From: a virus
Virus genome (UHGV): UHGV-0021788
DNA: 64,000 nt
Direction: 5' to 3' (one strand)
In this document: in pieces, positions 60,366-64,000 of the stretch
Position numbering within the stretch: position 1 is the stretch's first letter
How the letters are laid out: each line of letters starts with the position of its first letter
Notes under the pieces: model-generated
What the model was told of the DNA's origin: nothing
The model's database searches: none
What the model saw: only the letters and a program-made list of their open reading frames with translations
Position numbers and translations under genes: made by a program

Positions 60366-62051
60366 ATGAAAATAAGAGGTGCTAAAGATTCATACAATCT
60401 AATATTAAGTAAAATGAATGGAAAAAAATTAGGTATCATACCTTGTTCTATTATAGAAAGTATGCAAAAGGGTGTTAAAACTGTTAGTGAATTTACATTT
60501 TCAGTTAATAAATATTATGGTGAAAATAATGAAATAAATCCTCTGTACGATGAACTTAAAACAGAAAGATTTATATTTTTAGATGAAGATGAATGTTATG
60601 TAATAAAAAATATAAGTGAAGAAAATGAGAAGAAAAAAACTATAACAGCTTATTCGAGAGAAAAAAAATTATTTAAAAATATAGCAGAATTTGAGGATAT
60701 TACACTAACATTAAAAACTCCATATGCTGATATAGAAGGTTGTTTTAGTTTAGATGAATTATTATATGATGCAACTGGTTGGCATGTTGGATATGTAAGT
60801 CCTAAAGTTTTATATAAATCAAAAGAAACAATATTGGATAATGTTACAGGGGAAATAATAGTAGAATTGACAAAGGAAGAAAAATTAAGATACCAAGAAA
60901 GTGTATCGTCAAATTGGTATGATTTTATTAATGATGATATATCAGAACAATTTGAATGTTTTCCTGTATTTAACAGCTATGATAAAACAGTTGATTTATA
61001 TGATGATGAAGAATTAGGTAATGACCCTAATTTAATGTTGTCTTATGACAATTATCTTAAGAGTATGGAAAAAGAAGATGATACAGAAGATATTACAACT
61101 GTATTAATATTATCAGGAAATGATGATTTAACTATAAGTGAAGTTAATCCTAGTGGTGATACTTATGTGGAAAATTTTTCATATTTTATGGAAAATGAAG
61201 AAATGAGTACTGAATTAATAAATGCATTAAATAAATATTATCAAATGGTAAATGTAAGAGCAGTAACATGGAATCAATTGAGAACAGAAAAAGAAGAAAA
61301 AACTGCTACATTAACACAGAAGAAAAATAGATTATTAATAGTTTATGCACAAATGAAATCTATTGAATTTACTATGAAACAAACTACTGATGAAAAGTTT
61401 AATGCTCAACAACAAGAAAGATTAGTAAAACTAAATGATGAAAAAGTATTATTAGAAAAAGAAGTAACGGAATTAGATGAAAACATTAGAAATATAGATG
61501 CTTCAATAGAAAATATAAATAAATTATGTAAGAAAAAATATGCAACTGATGAAAATGGTGTATTGATATTTACCGAGAGTTTATTGAATGAATTAAAAGA
61601 TTTTATATATCAGGATACTTATAGTAATGATTCTATTACAGATGGATTAACCTTAATGAGAATAGGTAAAAAACAATTAAAAGAAAGTTGTTATCCTACT
61701 AAAACTTGGACTATTGATTCTGTTAATTTTATTGAAAAATTAATTGATAATGGTTTTAGACAACATTGGAATGGAGAATTAGGCTTAGGAGATATGATAG
61801 TATTAAAAGGTGAAGAAACGATTGAAGTTGTATATTTAATAAATTATACACAAAATTTTAAAGATAAAACAATCGAATTACAATTATCTAATAAAAAAGA
61901 TGAAAATACATTTTCACTATCAATAGGTGAGAGATTAACACAAGGTAAAGAGGCTTATGAAATAGCTAAAAAAAGTAGAAGTACTATTAATAGAGTAAAT
62001 AAGAATAGAGTAGGACTTAATTATGACAAGATTAATAAAAAAATTTTATAG
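60366..62051 (+). CDS. Tail-associated lysin / tail endopeptidase-like protein (Tal-like, 561 aa)
   Basis: Position after Dit; size; coiled-coil centre. Confidence 0.5.
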   Translation: MKIRGAKDSYNLILSKMNGKKLGIIPCSIIESMQKGVKTVSEFTFSVNKYYGENNEINPLYDELKTERFIFLDEDECYVIKNISEENEKKKTITAYSREKKLFKNIAEFEDITLTLKTPYADIEGCFSLDELLYDATGWHVGYVSPKVLYKSKETILDNVTGEIIVELTKEEKLRYQESVSSNWYDFINDDISEQFECFPVFNSYDKTVDLYDDEELGNDPNLMLSYDNYLKSMEKEDDTEDITTVLILSGNDDLTISEVNPSGDTYVENFSYFMENEEMSTELINALNKYYQMVNVRAVTWNQLRTEKEEKTATLTQKKNRLLIVYAQMKSIEFTMKQTTDEKFNAQQQERLVKLNDEKVLLEKEVTELDENIRNIDASIENINKLCKKKYATDENGVLIFTESLLNELKDFIYQDTYSNDSITDGLTLMRIGKKQLKESCYPTKTWTIDSVNFIEKLIDNGFRQHWNGELGLGDMIVLKGEETIEVVYLINYTQNFKDKTIELQLSNKKDENTFSLSIGERLTQGKEAYEIAKKSRSTINRVNKNRVGLNYDKINKKIL

Positions 62052-62066
62052 GAAGGAGTTGGTTTA

Positions 62067-64000
62067 ATGTTATTACCTAACATTCCTGCAACGACATATA
62101 TATCTTGGACTGGATTAGTAATAATTGATAAATCAGATAATACACCATACATAGTAAATGATGGTAAATCTTGTATGAAGTATATATATTGGGATATGAA
62201 TGATAATCCATATGTATTAAAAGAAAGTAATGAATGGATAAAAGAAACAGCAACTAAAAAAATGATATATATAAATGAAAATGGTATAGGAACACAAGTT
62301 CCCCATGATGATTATGATATTTATTATAATGATACTGGTAATGGAAGTTCTTCTCAATTAACAGGTGAAGCATTAGGTAAATATAATGAATTAAATGGAA
62401 AATATATGACAATAAAAGAAGATGTAGATGGGATTAAACAAGTATTAGGTTCTACTGAAAGTGGTTCAGGTTCTTTAGTTGAAAGGGTTAATAAAATAGA
62501 AAAAACTGCTGAAGAAACTAAAGAAACAATATCCACTGTTGAAAAAAACTTTAGTAATAACAAAGAGTTAGAAGAATTAAGAAATAATATAAACGTTTCA
62601 ATGATAAATCTGGGTGAAACATTAGCTCAATACGAAGAATTGATAACAAAAGTATCAGAAGATATGGAAGTTTCATCTGATGAAAAAATAGATATATCAG
62701 CTATACAAAACCAATTACTAGATAATTATACTGTTATGTCACAATATCATCAAGTTTTAATTGAAAGATTAAAAAGTTCAGAGGAAGATAATACTGATAC
62801 AATAAATAATTTAAATAAAAATTTAGATGCATTAAATACTTCTATTAATAATTTAAATTCATTAGTTAATGATTCTATAAGTGATAATACAATAGTTCCT
62901 AGTGAAATTACTACTATGTTAAATGCAATAGCTAATGTGGCTGTAAAAAATACTCAATATAAAAATGCAGTATCAGATGCAATATTATTAGGCATAGGTG
63001 GTAAATTAGTAGAAAGTATTTTAGATATAAGAAAAACTTCTAATAATTTTAGTCAAACAATATCTAAAATGGAAGAAGATATTGATGGTAAAACAGGTTT
63101 AAAAGTTTTAGTTCAAAAAAATGCCACTGCAATTAAACAAACTGCTGATAATTTAACTTTGAATTATGTTAAGTATAATGAAACTACTTCTCAATTAACT
63201 ATTGGAGATAATGTAATCAAACTAGATGCTGGAAAAGTATTAATGACAGGAACATTAACTTGGGATAGTTTGGACGATTCAGCTAAAAAGAACTTAAAAG
63301 GTGAAGCAGGTTCTGCTCAATATATAATGTTAGTTGGAGACCAAATATTTAAATACGATAAAGATGGAAATCCTAATGTTTCAGCAATAACTTTAAATGT
63401 TCAAGTATCCAATATACAAAATCCTGTATTCGACTGGTATTATAGAGATGCTAAAGTATCTAGTGAATGGACAAATATACCTAGCAATTCTAACTTAAGT
63501 TCATTTATATTAAAACATGATGACCCAATATGGGGAAATAATTCAAATTCTATCACTATAAAAGTGGTATGTGGTGATTACACAGATGAAATGACTATTG
63601 TAAAATTACACGATGGTGTAATTGGTGAAGATGCTAAATCAGTATCAATTAATGGTAACCAATTATTTAGATACAAAGGTGGTTTTACAGAAACCCCAAA
63701 TCCAACTTCAATCACATTAACTGCTACTAGAAATAATATATCAGCTGATAAAACTTCAAGATGGTATTATAGAGTTTCTGAAAGTGATGATTGGACAGAA
63801 ATAACTTCATCAAAAAACGCAAATACTTTAATAGTAAATCATGATAGTTATTTTGGTGATTCAAAAATATTAATGATAAGATATGAAGTAGAAACTTATT
63901 ATGATATTATGACATTAGCAAAAATCACTGATGGTGCAGATGGATATGCAGTATTATTAACTAATGAAAATCATAGCGTTCCTTGTGATGAAAATGGTAA
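62067..64000 (+). CDS. Partial (3'-truncated) tail fibre / host-specificity protein with coiled-coil stalk
   Basis: ATG 62067 after 'GGAAGGAG'; open to the window end (>640 aa); coiled-coil heptads and 'W.Y' rich beta region. Confidence 0.6.
   Translation, partial: MLLPNIPATTYISWTGLVIIDKSDNTPYIVNDGKSCMKYIYWDMNDNPYVLKESNEWIKETATKKMIYINENGIGTQVPHDDYDIYYNDTGNGSSSQLTGEALGKYNELNGKYMTIKEDVDGIKQVLGSTESGSGSLVERVNKIEKTAEETKETISTVEKNFSNNKELEELRNNINVSMINLGETLAQYEELITKVSEDMEVSSDEKIDISAIQNQLLDNYTVMSQYHQVLIERLKSSEEDNTDTINNLNKNLDALNTSINNLNSLVNDSISDNTIVPSEITTMLNAIANVAVKNTQYKNAVSDAILLGIGGKLVESILDIRKTSNNFSQTISKMEEDIDGKTGLKVLVQKNATAIKQTADNLTLNYVKYNETTSQLTIGDNVIKLDAGKVLMTGTLTWDSLDDSAKKNLKGEAGSAQYIMLVGDQIFKYDKDGNPNVSAITLNVQVSNIQNPVFDWYYRDAKVSSEWTNIPSNSNLSSFILKHDDPIWGNNSNSITIKVVCGDYTDEMTIVKLHDGVIGEDAKSVSINGNQLFRYKGGFTETPNPTSITLTATRNNISADKTSRWYYRVSESDDWTEITSSKNANTLIVNHDSYFGDSKILMIRYEVETYYDIMTLAKITDGADGYAVLLTNENHSVPCDENG

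Noticed and set aside
1-64000. CRISPR arrays, tRNA/rRNA genes, integrase/attachment sites
   Set aside because: No regularly spaced short repeats with unique spacers, no tRNA-like cloverleaf candidates or rRNA noticed by eye, and no tyrosine/serine recombinase ORF in the window. A tRNA scan would be needed to exclude tRNAs formally.

Overview
This is a 64-kb, AT-rich (about 27% GC) segment of a tailed dsDNA phage or prophage from a low-GC Firmicute, with Clostridia-like codon usage. Its dominant feature is an unusually dense set of at least 12 group I introns between about 23.1 and 58.2 kb; several carry homing endonuclease genes.

**Gene order, left to right:**
- Two very large paralogous tail-fibre/receptor-binding-like genes on the minus strand; the first runs off the window and the second encodes a 2244-aa protein built of five tandem modules.
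- A plus-strand replication block: a RecD-like SF1 helicase, an XRE-type HTH regulator and an SF2 helicase.
- A minus-strand lysis-like cassette: a two-TM membrane protein, a secreted GH25 muramidase and a secreted GH73 glucosaminidase.
- An early-gene block of small hypothetical proteins, including an HU-like DNA-binding domain fused to a long polyacidic tail (about 170 aa) and a metallophosphoesterase.
- A complete late-gene module: a small-terminase-like gene (by position), large terminase, portal, a scaffold-like gene, major capsid protein, connector genes, tail tube, two chaperone-like genes, a tape measure protein of about 4,300 aa once its pieces are joined, a free-standing HNH endonuclease, a distal tail protein, a tail-associated lysin-like protein, and the start of another tail fibre gene that runs off the right edge.

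**Introns.** Two intron families are present, and the P, Q, R and S core elements are directly readable in both. They interrupt the terminase-small-like gene (2 introns), the large terminase (3, leaving a 32-nt mini-exon that encodes the Walker B 'DE'), a scaffold-like gene (1), the major capsid gene (1), the tail tube gene (1) and the tape measure gene (4). In both the large terminase and the tape measure gene, a family-2 intron is followed about 25–35 nt later by a family-1 intron.

**Homing endonucleases.** Six introns carry a modular homing endonuclease with a Vsr/DUF559-like catalytic motif ('LPFDFYLP..N..IE[FY]DG.QH') behind a variable array of two to four Cys/His-containing DNA-binding-like repeats. 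A seventh intron carries an endonuclease-like ORF with an AP2-like domain. Every one of these ORFs is preceded by the same sigma-A-type promoter and RBS cassette, 'TTTACTTTTAAT..N..TAGTATAATATAAGTAAAGGAGG', which also drives three early genes; the cassette occurs ten times in the window.

Exact splice junctions are inferred from canonical U(-1)/terminal-G rules and reading-frame continuity; they cannot be verified here. Coordinates marked approximate below may be a few nt off.
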